Made by a program: the position numbers and the translations under genes
Shown here: positions 15,349-23,561 of the stretch, piece by piece
Layout of the letters: each line of letters begins with the position of its first letter
Numbering within the stretch: the stretch's first letter is position 1
The notes under the pieces: generated by a model
Database searches by the model: none
What the model saw: the letters and a program-made list of their open reading frames with translations, nothing else
Told to the model about the DNA's origin: nothing
Assembly (NCBI GenBank): GCA_023301785.1
Contig: JALZUF010000239.1
Span: forward strand, 1-45,226
DNA: 45,226 nt
Reading direction: 5' to 3'
Source of the DNA: Alphaproteobacteria bacterium
Lineage (GTDB): Bacteria > Pseudomonadota > Alphaproteobacteria > Micavibrionales > Micavibrionaceae

Positions 15349-15597
15349 AGCGTATATGTGTACCGTATAGATATAATACAGTATATACCCAGTATAGATA
15401 TAAGGAGTAATGAACAGTATATAATACAGTATAGATGATGAGTATATAAGACAGAATGATAAAGATAGATACCCCGCTAGGTGTACAGTGAATACACAGT
15501 ATATATACTATGAATAAGAACAGACCATACACCCCCTTAATACCTCGTATCAAATGAGTAGTATAATTGTATAGGAATCACGGCACACGCGTATAAA
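15349..15597. repeat. Degenerate array of about 12 GTATA(G/T)A-core repeats (iteron-like) in non-coding DNA
   Basis: Core copies are near 15351, 15365, 15381, 15392, 15417, 15429, 15442, 15499, 15546, 15561, 15569 and 15591. The exact 12-mer GTATAGATATAA occurs twice (15365, 15392). The exact 14-mer TATAATACAGTATA occurs twice (15372, 15420). Confidence 0.85.
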
Positions 15598-15704
15598 TAA
15601 ATAAGACAGGGCAAAGGGGGAAAGAAAAGTGGGGTTTTGGTTAATTACCCTCTTACAAATCTACATCATTTTTACAGAATCACTCCATCTATATTTTTTT
15701 TAAT

Positions 15705-15778
15705 TGGCACAGGCACTAGGAATCGAACCCAGATTAACGGGTTTGGAATCCGCTACTCTACCATTGAGTTATACCTGT
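15705..15778 (-). tRNA. tRNA-Trp (anticodon CCA), CCA end encoded
   Basis: Hand-folded cloverleaf: acceptor ACAGGTA/TGCCTGT, D arm ACTC-AATGGTA-GAGT, anticodon loop TTCCAAA, T arm CTGGG-TTCGATT-CCTAG, then GCCA. One A-C mismatch at the base of the anticodon stem. 74 nt. Confidence 0.85.
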
Positions 15779-15823
15779 ATAATTAGAACGGCTCTATTTG
15801 CCCCATAGAAGCACGTAGAACGC

Positions 15824-15862
15824 AATAAACCCCACTCAGGCACACATAGTACCTAAGCGGGG
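15824..15862 (-). terminator. Rho-independent terminator after the collagen-like fibre gene
   Basis: 11-bp stem CCCCGCTTAGG/CCTGAGTGGGG. It includes two G-U pairs that exist only in minus-strand RNA. TTTATT follows. Confidence 0.7.
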
Positions 15863-15882
15863 CTAAAACGTCTGTACGAGCC

Positions 15883-16548
15883 TTATACTCGCTCTATGTG
15901 CATATACCCAGCTAGGCAGTACACATAGTAATTGGTTGTGATAGCAGTTGGTGCTTCTACACCGAAACCTATCACGTTGCCAGCAGGAACTACAGGAGAA
16001 CTTGAAAGGTCTACATCTGTATTCTGCATGACGGTACTTAAATAGTTACGCGGTGCTATAGCAGTTGCACCTGTTCCGGTACACTCCCTAAGAACGTCCT
16101 CGTGCGTAACAGTATTAGACCCTGCGGTCTTGGTTAGGCTAGTAATACGCCATCCCCATGCTAGGGCGGCAGCGTTACTGTTGTAATGCCATGCGAATAA
16201 ACGCTTAACGCGCACATCAAAGGGGAAACATAGTCCACCCGCTGCGCGGTTTACGTTAGCACCCACATTACCCAGATCGGCAGTCATAGTTTGATCTATA
16301 ATACCATCTGCTTGCCACCCATTAAACTCGTTAGGGTCTAGTAAGTAACGTGATCCAAGAGAGTGAACCCACTCGTTAGGTCCTACTGCACCCGGCACAC
16401 CTTGTATACCCGGTTGCCCAACATCTCCCGGCTGTCCTTCCGAGCCGCGCATAGCAGCCCAGAAGTCAGTCATCTCGCCAGTGTTTCCATCTGCCAACCA
16501 TAATTCGTACGCGGATTTACCGCTGGTATTTCCAAATTCTATTACCAT
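15883..16548 (-). CDS. Collagen-like tail fibre protein
   Basis: N-terminal SAYELWLADGNTGEMTDFWAAMRG fibre motif, then 8 Gly-X-Y triplets (GSEGQPGDVGQPGIQGVPGAVGPN), then a C-terminal domain of about 150 aa. Confidence 0.75.
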   Translation of the reverse strand: MVIEFGNTSGKSAYELWLADGNTGEMTDFWAAMRGSEGQPGDVGQPGIQGVPGAVGPNEWVHSLGSRYLLDPNEFNGWQADGIIDQTMTADLGNVGANVNRAAGGLCFPFDVRVKRLFAWHYNSNAAALAWGWRITSLTKTAGSNTVTHEDVLRECTGTGATAIAPRNYLSTVMQNTDVDLSSSPVVPAGNVIGFGVEAPTAITTNYYVYCLAGYMHIERV

Positions 16549-16557
16549 GTAGTCTCC

Positions 16558-18471
16558 TTATGTGTCAGTTACTACGATCTGTGCACGATGCAGGGTTACT
16601 GAACCGTTTACCGAACCCAGCGTAGTATTGGCTTGTGGTATTAACCGCCCTCGAATATACGTTGAAGATGGTACTAGCATCTTAGGAGTACGTAGGACTA
16701 GGTTTCTACCTTTTTCTAAACACCACGCACGGTAAGCATTTACCGGAATGTGCGTAGTCTCATTGTGCCTATCAAAACCGTTAGATAAGAACCCAAGGTT
16801 AGTGCGTAACTGTATAATCAAACCGCGTAGGTTTGCGTTGTTAGTCCGTACTAAGTCTTCTGGGAACGAAATCTCAGCTTCATAATAAGCATATTTATTA
16901 GCGTAGTTAGTATTGGTCTGCTGTAGGCTTTCAGGACCTACCTCAGTACCAGTGCCTTGCGCCTCGTCTATAACAAGAGTCTCATTTACTATAACAGTAG
17001 ATAAAACATTGTCAGCAGAAGAGCGGAAGTTGCGTGCACCCACTAAACCTACTAGAGCTTCATAAAGTGCAGCACCCATGTAGAATGCGCCAAGCATGTT
17101 AGGATGCAAACCATCGTACGTAACGTCTGCGATATTATCTATCCAATCTTGCCTAAAGTCTGCAAATACGACATTAGGGTAATTACGTAGGAAGTTATCT
17201 ACCTCCACTTCTTTGACTCTCTCGTCTATAATCTCTTGTGCTGTAAAGCCACGACTTATGTAGTCAGAATCCGGTCTTGGAGTACAGGATAAAGCTATAA
17301 TCTTTTTACCTTCCGCTTGGATAGCTTTGAACATTGCAGTAATGTTATCAATGCTCCATGCAGAGGTGCGTTTAGCAGATCGGTCATTGGCACAACCTAA
17401 GAAGAATACAAAATCTCCATCAGAACTAGTAACATCAGTAATACGCGCAAGCATCTCTGCTGTGTCGTCACTACTGACCCCAAAGTTATTAGCGTCACTG
17501 AATTCGAATCGGTGTCCTAGCATAGCCTGTAAAGCAGTGAAGTAACCTAGAGACTCAAATACATTAACAGCAGAGTTTTGATTGGTCATACTGTCTCCCA
17601 AAAGATCAGCTATCAGCTTCTCTCGTGTAAGACCGGGTAAATGACCGTGTATCATTAACTGTTTATGTACCCTCTTTGCGATCTCATTATGACCTTTAGC
17701 ATTCCAGTGTACTTCATCGGGTGTTACACCATCGAATTGCACTGAGTGTATGTGGTCTGCATAATTTAGATCGTCTGTTCGGATATAATGCACGTTAGGC
17801 ATACTTATATTCTTTGTAGCTTCTCGTATATTAAACCAACGCGGGTAGTTGCTTGCAAATAAAGTAGGCGGTGTAGGACCTAACCCGATAACAAACACAG
17901 GTAAGTTAGGCTGGTTACGCGCAGTACGGAACTCCGTGATCCATGTCTCTAAAATACCCAGTATAGTGTCACCGTTTGCATTAGCAAAGGTTGTATCCTT
18001 ACCTAATAGGTGTAGAGTTACAAAACTTAGCTTTGCAGCAGTCTTCAACTCAGCAGCATCCAGTAAAGAATGTATCTGAGTTTTAGTTTCCTCGCTTGTC
18101 CACCCAGAGTTTATGTTATTTAGAGCTGTAGCGGACTGCCCAGCAGTAACTACACATACTCTATTGCTAACACTCTCTCTGAGTAGCTCTGGTAGGATAT
18201 TATTCTTGTTATATCGCCCAGCTTCGTTCAGTCTACCATAAGTATTGACCGATTGCTGGTTTAATGGGGTACTAATATCTTGAATAGTGTCGTTATGCTT
18301 GTATACACGACTAAATTGGTCGTTTACAAGTTCAAACTCCTCACCAGCGGTATTTAGGGCAGTACCACCACCCACAGGACCGTTAGAACCACCAATATCC
18401 GCATATAGCGTGTATCCAGTAGTTATCTTTGGAGTTTCATCCCTATATGGATGATCGTAAGGTAACGGCAT
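16558..18471 (-). CDS. Double SGNH/GDSL-type esterase (putative polysaccharide O-acetylesterase, tailspike-like)
   Basis: Domain 1: TAGQS (SASA-like block I) and DEVHWNAKGH (block V). Domain 2: FFLGCANDRS (block III) and YDGLHPNMLGA (block V). 637 aa. Confidence 0.7.
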   Translation of the reverse strand: MPLPYDHPYRDETPKITTGYTLYADIGGSNGPVGGGTALNTAGEEFELVNDQFSRVYKHNDTIQDISTPLNQQSVNTYGRLNEAGRYNKNNILPELLRESVSNRVCVVTAGQSATALNNINSGWTSEETKTQIHSLLDAAELKTAAKLSFVTLHLLGKDTTFANANGDTILGILETWITEFRTARNQPNLPVFVIGLGPTPPTLFASNYPRWFNIREATKNISMPNVHYIRTDDLNYADHIHSVQFDGVTPDEVHWNAKGHNEIAKRVHKQLMIHGHLPGLTREKLIADLLGDSMTNQNSAVNVFESLGYFTALQAMLGHRFEFSDANNFGVSSDDTAEMLARITDVTSSDGDFVFFLGCANDRSAKRTSAWSIDNITAMFKAIQAEGKKIIALSCTPRPDSDYISRGFTAQEIIDERVKEVEVDNFLRNYPNVVFADFRQDWIDNIADVTYDGLHPNMLGAFYMGAALYEALVGLVGARNFRSSADNVLSTVIVNETLVIDEAQGTGTEVGPESLQQTNTNYANKYAYYEAEISFPEDLVRTNNANLRGLIIQLRTNLGFLSNGFDRHNETTHIPVNAYRAWCLEKGRNLVLRTPKMLVPSSTYIRGRLIPQANTTLGSVNGSVTLHRAQIVVTDT

Positions 18472-18472
18472 A

Positions 18473-19240
18473 TTATATCCCCCATTTCGTCATTAAGTAT
18501 CCTTCTAGTCGTAGTCTGTCAGCGTCACTCAAGCGGGTGGTCACAATAACCTCCGCCATGTACCCGTGATACTTGTTACTACCACCACCACGACACATAA
18601 GCATAAATCGGTTAAATGCAGCAGAAGGACCAGCCATAGGTTCTAGGCTGTCTATAACCGCACCGTCTTTACGCATAAACGCGTTGGTAGCATCTAGTGA
18701 ATAACCTAATAAGTAAGGTGTACCAGACGGGAACTCCTCTGCTCCATTAGTGAACCAGTAGTTAGTACCACTTCTAGGACCTAACGGTCCACCGTTACGC
18801 CAACTACCAGAAATAATATCACCACCAAAGGTAGCCCGTAGACCAACCTGTGCTTCTGTATTCTGACCAGCGATAGTTTGGTAGACAACATGAATTTCAA
18901 AGTTCTCAGAATCTAATCCGGGTATAGAACCTGTTTGATTCCCCACTGGGTCTAATACAGACTCAGCCGCATTACCTAGACCCGTAATAACATTCAGACC
19001 GTTCAAGGTTTGAGAACCCGTAATAGGTTGACTAGCTGCTATCGTACTAAGAAGGTGATGACCGTTACCAGACTTATCTGACCATTGTGATACACGTCCT
19101 GTGGCGACAGCTTCTAAAATAGTAGCAGCATCCGCAGCGTCATACCATGCAGTAAGGGGTAAATTTAAGGGAGTCCATAAAGTCTCTGACGCTGTAGTCA
19201 GCAGACCGTTATTTAGGAATTTAGGGAAGTAGAGGTCCAT
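18473..19240 (-). CDS. LamG / concanavalin-A-like lectin domain protein
   Basis: WYDAADAATI...VSQWSDKSGNGHHL near the N-terminus and GYMAEVIVTTRLSDADRLRLEGYLMTKWGI at the C-terminus. These are the typical flanks of bacterial and phage LamG jelly-roll proteins. Confidence 0.7.
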   Translation of the reverse strand: MDLYFPKFLNNGLLTTASETLWTPLNLPLTAWYDAADAATILEAVATGRVSQWSDKSGNGHHLLSTIAASQPITGSQTLNGLNVITGLGNAAESVLDPVGNQTGSIPGLDSENFEIHVVYQTIAGQNTEAQVGLRATFGGDIISGSWRNGGPLGPRSGTNYWFTNGAEEFPSGTPYLLGYSLDATNAFMRKDGAVIDSLEPMAGPSAAFNRFMLMCRGGGSNKYHGYMAEVIVTTRLSDADRLRLEGYLMTKWGI

Positions 19241-19241
19241 A

Positions 19242-19505
19242 TTAACCCTCCATTACTGTGACTACAGAAGTTCCTGAATCTGTTACAGCGTTTAATTCGT
19301 TTACTGGTGCGATATTACCGAAGTGCATACCTTTACCACTCTCTAGGAGAACGTACGCGGCAGCATCATCAAAATAGAACTTAATATCCTCACCACCTTG
19401 GTTGAACAGAATCATAGACTCGCGTTCCTCGTTGTAAGCAGCAAGCTCAGTTTCGGAAGTACCTACTGTAACCGTTACACTTGTAAAATTACTTGAATTT
19501 GGCAT
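19242..19505 (-). CDS. Hypothetical beta-rich protein (87 aa)
   Basis: First ORF after the terminator at 19531-19561. AAAGGAAAA SD. Confidence 0.7.
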   Translation of the reverse strand: MPNSSNFTSVTVTVGTSETELAAYNEERESMILFNQGGEDIKFYFDDAAAYVLLESGKGMHFGNIAPVNELNAVTDSGTSVVTVMEG

Positions 19506-19530
19506 TTTAGTTTTCCTTTGTTAGAATTAG

Positions 19531-19561
19531 AAAAAGGATGACCAGATTGCTCCGATCATCC
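19531..19561 (-). terminator. Rho-independent terminator after the 79-aa gene
   Basis: 8-bp stem GGATGATC/GGTCATCC (one G-U pair valid only in minus-strand RNA), 10-nt loop, then TTTTT. Confidence 0.7.
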
Positions 19562-19571
19562 CTTGTATTAT

Positions 19572-19811
19572 TTAGGCAGGTGTTACTGTAGACTCACGTC
19601 CAAAGATAACCCATGTACCAGCATCAGTGCGTAGTGCAAGGTTAAGATCACCAGAACCATTGTCCTGAATGTACATACGACCAGCTACAGCAGATACGCC
19701 AGCTTGTCCGTTTGCAGAAGTAGGTAGGTTCTTGTTGATTGGGTGTGTAGCATCTGCCATGTCAGCAGCAGCGATTACAGTCAATGCACCTAGTTTAGTT
19801 GTGTCAGCCAT
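19572..19811 (-). CDS. Hypothetical protein (79 aa, Ala/Gly/Thr-rich)
   Basis: ORF with an AAGGAA SD, between the holin and a terminator. Confidence 0.7.
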   Translation of the reverse strand: MADTTKLGALTVIAAADMADATHPINKNLPTSANGQAGVSAVAGRMYIQDNGSGDLNLALRTDAGTWVIFGRESTVTPA

Positions 19812-19823
19812 TTTAAATATTCC

Positions 19824-20276
19824 TTATTCGTTATATGTTGGTTTAGTTTTTGGTTTGGGTACGCCTATTGTTTTAGTGTCCGTACCTTGAAATTTATCGA
19901 AGCTTCTCATACCACCGATACCTAGCATAGCTAGTACCAATGTCATCAGCTCACTTGTATCCAGTGTCGGTATTAGTCCGTCATATCCTGAGATAGCAGC
20001 TACCCATGTCACGATAGGGTGGAGCAAGAATGTCCAACCTAGCGATACGCCACCTACCCACCCAATAAAGGGTCGCCAGCCAGCCACAAAGATATTTGCG
20101 TGTGTCGCTTCGATTTTGTTTAGTTCTACTTGAGACATGCGCTCTTCCGCTTCAATACGGACAAGTTCTAATGTCAATTTCTGTTTAGCCTCAGCTCTTG
20201 CTTGAGGGTCAGGAATCATACCTAGAATCTTATCTAAGAAGGGTAGGAACGCAGTCACTAGAGCAGGTAATGCCAT
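19824..20276 (-). CDS. Holin (3-TM, GTA-type holin family-like)
   Basis: DKILGMIPDPQARAEAKQKL...EATHANIFVAGWRPFIGWVGGVSLGWTFLL matches my recollection of the 'holin of 3 TMs' family. It is adjacent to the endolysin. Confidence 0.7.
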   Translation of the reverse strand: MALPALVTAFLPFLDKILGMIPDPQARAEAKQKLTLELVRIEAEERMSQVELNKIEATHANIFVAGWRPFIGWVGGVSLGWTFLLHPIVTWVAAISGYDGLIPTLDTSELMTLVLAMLGIGGMRSFDKFQGTDTKTIGVPKPKTKPTYNE

Positions 20277-20285
20277 AGTAGCCTC

Positions 20286-20768
20286 CTATTTATAGGTGAG
20301 CATAGTAACAGAAAGAAGTCGGTTCATCCAACCCTCTCCAAATACTCTCCAGTTGCGATTACGTAGGTAACGTAAAAAGCGATTCATAGCGAACCTATGT
20401 ACAGCTCGTTCAGGGTCAACGCTTGCAGCAGCAGCTAAGGTCTTTGGACCAATAGCCCCGTCAGCGCGAACCGATAGTGAAGTCTGTAGTGCTTTCGTTG
20501 CGTAACCTACGCCTTGATTGACAGCACAATCAAATGCCATCAGACGTAGTTCACTTGGTAGATCGTCACAGTGCAGTGCATCCCAATAATCTTTCTTGTA
20601 GATTTTTGCAGCGTCTTGCTTCTGTATATGACGAATTCCGTCAGCACCCAAATGGGGATAAGCACGTAGGCTTATTCCATAGTTAGTGATTCCACCGGGG
20701 TCTTTGGGATGATCTACCAAGCCGCCCTCAAATTTAAAAATATGTGTTACAGCTTGGTGAAAATCCAT
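20286..20768 (-). CDS. Endolysin (GH108 lysozyme domain + PG_binding_3-like domain)
   Basis: FKFEGGLVDHPKDPGGITNYGIS (GH108 signature) and a C-terminal FGEGWMNRL. Confidence 0.85.
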   Translation of the reverse strand: MDFHQAVTHIFKFEGGLVDHPKDPGGITNYGISLRAYPHLGADGIRHIQKQDAAKIYKKDYWDALHCDDLPSELRLMAFDCAVNQGVGYATKALQTSLSVRADGAIGPKTLAAAASVDPERAVHRFAMNRFLRYLRNRNWRVFGEGWMNRLLSVTMLTYK

Positions 20769-21241
20769 TATTTAGTGACCTTTCTAGTAGTACGCTTTTT
20801 CTTACCTGTTTTCTTGTTCTTAGTAGTAACTACTTTATCGACAAGCTCAACAGCCTCTCCTGCGTCCATAGAAGCCTCTAGGATGCGGTCTGAGCGTTTA
20901 CGCAGTACTCTAGTACCATTTTCTACGTTCTGCTCTGCTCGTGCTCCTACGTGCGCTCTAAGCACCTCGTAAGTTCCATCAAGTAAAGCTAAGTTGTCTT
21001 CATCAGAACCAATACGTGAAGCAATCTTCAACATAGCGGCACGAAGCTCGACAGTTAGACCCACTTTGTCAGTAGGCATTACTAATGCACCTGAGTTACC
21101 AACACCTGTGCTTTCAGTAGAAAGGCGTTTAGGTTTTACTAGGTTCATCTTGTTTGGTACACGTTTAGCTACTCGCTTGCTCGTACCATCAGCATTACGT
21201 CTTTTGAGGACGTTCTTTTCTGTTGCTTTTTCTTTAGCCAT
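20768..21241 (-). CDS. Very basic hypothetical protein (157 aa), K/R-rich at both ends
   Basis: AGGAGA SD. MAKEKATEKNVLKRRNADGTSKRVAKRVPNK...KNKKTGKKKRTTRKVTK. Confidence 0.75.
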   Translation of the reverse strand: MAKEKATEKNVLKRRNADGTSKRVAKRVPNKMNLVKPKRLSTESTGVGNSGALVMPTDKVGLTVELRAAMLKIASRIGSDEDNLALLDGTYEVLRAHVGARAEQNVENGTRVLRKRSDRILEASMDAGEAVELVDKVVTTKNKKTGKKKRTTRKVTK

Positions 21242-21244
21242 TAT

Positions 21245-23029
21245 TTATCTCCTAAATTTATCGAAAATTGAATTATGCGCTGGACCACCGTGAATGTGCT
21301 TCAACCTATTACTTCCGTCTCCCAAGGGATCGGATACTAGTTGTCTCCAAGCTTCTTCACGCGCTCTAGCTACTTCTCTATCCTTATCGACTGCTAACAT
21401 TTCAGTCCAATGTCTACAAGACCCAGCGACAGCATCTAGTCTGTCATCGTGTCCTAGTGAACCTTTGTCCCGTGTTAAACGAGCCATCTGAAAGAACAGA
21501 CTGTATAAAGAACGGAGTTCAAGCCCGTACTTCCCACATCTCTTCCAATCCAATTCGATAAGGTCTTTATCTACAATCAAACGCTGTCCACCTATTAAGG
21601 GTTCTAACGCTTCAATTATACGTAGTTCTTTTTGACCAGTTTCGTATACACCTTCAATAGCACAGGCATGTTTCTCCAGTATTAAGGGAGTAATAACCTG
21701 TCTAAATGTACCAGCTCCAAAGTTGTCCTCAAAGTCAATCTGGTCAGGTCGCCATATCTCAGCTAGGTTAGCAATATACTTTTGGTTTGCTTCATGCAAG
21801 CCTCCGGGTATACCACCTACATCTACTAGATATACGTAACCTGATCTAAACTTTGTAACTGCCCAAGCCAGCTCATCACCATTCTTACCGCCACCAGACG
21901 GGTCAATATACATGTGAGTACCTTGGAAGTCAGCCCATTCATCTCCGTGTCCATGAATTTCATAGAAATCTATATCAATCGGAAAGTCTTGAGCAGTATG
22001 AATTCGGTATTCTGGGCTAGGCAACCAATCTACAAATAAAGGTATACGCTGTTTAGGTATAACCATAAATACTAGTTTACCCGGTTTAAGTGGGTATCTA
22101 TCCGCATCCATTAGACGCGTATCTAGCATGTGTTGTAGTTGGAAATATGCCGAACCTTGGTCAATTTCTTTTTTAGTTAATGTTTCTTCATCAAGTAGCA
22201 CCGGATCAACGGGCTTACCTCTTTCACCAGTCGGTCCACCACCAGTACGTAAGTCAGGATTATTTGTCATACGTGTTAGGATAAGTGGAGCTAGTGCATT
22301 ACCGTAGTTCTCTTGTTCAGTTTCAGTAGGGTATCTCCCTGTCCAAACTCGAACGGTGTAACCACGACTAGGTAAGCTGTTATAAACGGAGTCAATACTC
22401 TGTGGTGTTCCTAGATAAACAATCTTACCTTTGGAACATATAGAAGTAAAGTCTCGCGTAAGCTGTCTCAATTTCTCTCTTTGGACCTCCGACTCAGAGT
22501 TCTTAGATGATTCAATATCATCCGCGATCAATAAGTCAGCACGTCTACCTTGAATGTTTGAGGTAACACCTAAACAAGCAACAGAGGGTGATTTTTCAGG
22601 ACCTTTAAGACTGTAGTGAACGTCAAACGCTTCTACAGACTGTCTATCCCCGTTGGAGGGGTCTGGTCTTAAACACTCTAATTGTGACATACCCATAATG
22701 ATCTGAATGATCCAGTTAGCGATCTCTTTAGCAAGAGGACCACCAGCGGATACAATCAGTGTTCGGGTAGTAGGGTCATGGATCATACGCCACACAGCAT
22801 ATATAGCTGTAATAGTCGTCTTAGCCTGACCCCGTTGTGCTTGGATCATACTGTACTGTGGACCAGTGGATAGGAAATTACCTATGTCCAACTGAATGTC
22901 TGTACAATTAAATCCTAAGAAGTCCGTGATTACGTCTTCCAATAATACGTTGAAGTCAGCGTAGTGCTCTCGAAGTAGTTTTAATTTGTCCCAGCGTAAC
23001 TGGGCATCTTGTAAACTCTCTCTAGCCAT
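21245..23029 (-). CDS. Terminase large subunit (T7 gp19-like)
   Basis: Walker A-like QRGQAKTT and Walker B-like ADLLIADDIES. 594 aa. Confidence 0.9.
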   Translation of the reverse strand: MARESLQDAQLRWDKLKLLREHYADFNVLLEDVITDFLGFNCTDIQLDIGNFLSTGPQYSMIQAQRGQAKTTITAIYAVWRMIHDPTTRTLIVSAGGPLAKEIANWIIQIIMGMSQLECLRPDPSNGDRQSVEAFDVHYSLKGPEKSPSVACLGVTSNIQGRRADLLIADDIESSKNSESEVQREKLRQLTRDFTSICSKGKIVYLGTPQSIDSVYNSLPSRGYTVRVWTGRYPTETEQENYGNALAPLILTRMTNNPDLRTGGGPTGERGKPVDPVLLDEETLTKKEIDQGSAYFQLQHMLDTRLMDADRYPLKPGKLVFMVIPKQRIPLFVDWLPSPEYRIHTAQDFPIDIDFYEIHGHGDEWADFQGTHMYIDPSGGGKNGDELAWAVTKFRSGYVYLVDVGGIPGGLHEANQKYIANLAEIWRPDQIDFEDNFGAGTFRQVITPLILEKHACAIEGVYETGQKELRIIEALEPLIGGQRLIVDKDLIELDWKRCGKYGLELRSLYSLFFQMARLTRDKGSLGHDDRLDAVAGSCRHWTEMLAVDKDREVARAREEAWRQLVSDPLGDGSNRLKHIHGGPAHNSIFDKFRR

Positions 23030-23038
23030 GCTATCTCC

Positions 23039-23350
23039 TTATTGTATTGAAATGTCGTTAATCTTAGACTTCTTCCGGTTGTCTTTGAGTTGTTTCTCCA
23101 ACTCACCAAGCTCTGTACTATCTTCTCCATCAACAGAGATATGATTGTCTTTTAAGAACTTGGTTGCTACGGTTAGTAATGAAGGGTGCACGTCACTACA
23201 GTTTTCTAGGAAGGTCTTGACCCCCGCAGGTAAATCTGGGTGTTTCGCCAGAAGTACTACTGCAAGGTCTGCCTGTCCTATAGAGGTAATGAGTGCATCC
23301 GCTACGTGCCCGTGTAGGGCAGATAGTTTCTGTTCGGACGCTTTACTCAT
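23039..23350 (-). CDS. Putative terminase small subunit (T7 gp18-like)
   Basis: Start set at the ATG at 23350 (GGGAG SD, just after the upstream TAA). 103 aa, immediately upstream of the large terminase. Confidence 0.55.
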   Translation of the reverse strand: MSKASEQKLSALHGHVADALITSIGQADLAVVLLAKHPDLPAGVKTFLENCSDVHPSLLTVATKFLKDNHISVDGEDSTELGELEKQLKDNRKKSKINDISIQ

Positions 23351-23351
23351 A

Positions 23352-23552
23352 TTATGCTCCCATCTTGAAGACAGCACCTATGAATGAAAATACGGCAACA
23401 ACTCCTGCGCCCCATCCCATAAGATGATTCTGTCTCTTCTCTACTGTCGATAAACGAGTTGAGTGGTCTTTCTGGTGGTGTAGGATTTGATCCTGTTTAC
23501 CTTCCATGCGACCTAGCTTCTCGAATATGACACTGATATGTTTATCTTCCAT
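23352..23552 (-). CDS. Small protein with a C-terminal TM anchor (66 aa)
   Basis: The hydrophilic N-terminal part is followed by MGWGAGVVAVFSFIGAVF. Confidence 0.65.
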   Translation of the reverse strand: MEDKHISVIFEKLGRMEGKQDQILHHQKDHSTRLSTVEKRQNHLMGWGAGVVAVFSFIGAVFKMGA

Positions 23553-23561
23553 GTGTACTCC

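Noticed and set aside
15320-15553. 77-aa minus-strand ORF (MIRGIKGVYGLFLFIVYIL...YTVLY repeats) in the control region
   Set aside because: It is the GTATA repeat array read as protein (Tyr/Leu/Ile low complexity). It starts at a TTG, has no SD, and lies upstream of the early promoters.
15349-15597. Repeat array as a CRISPR array
   Set aside because: The repeats are 7-14 bp, irregularly spaced and partly overlapping. They have no spacer-like unique segments of constant length, and there are no cas genes.
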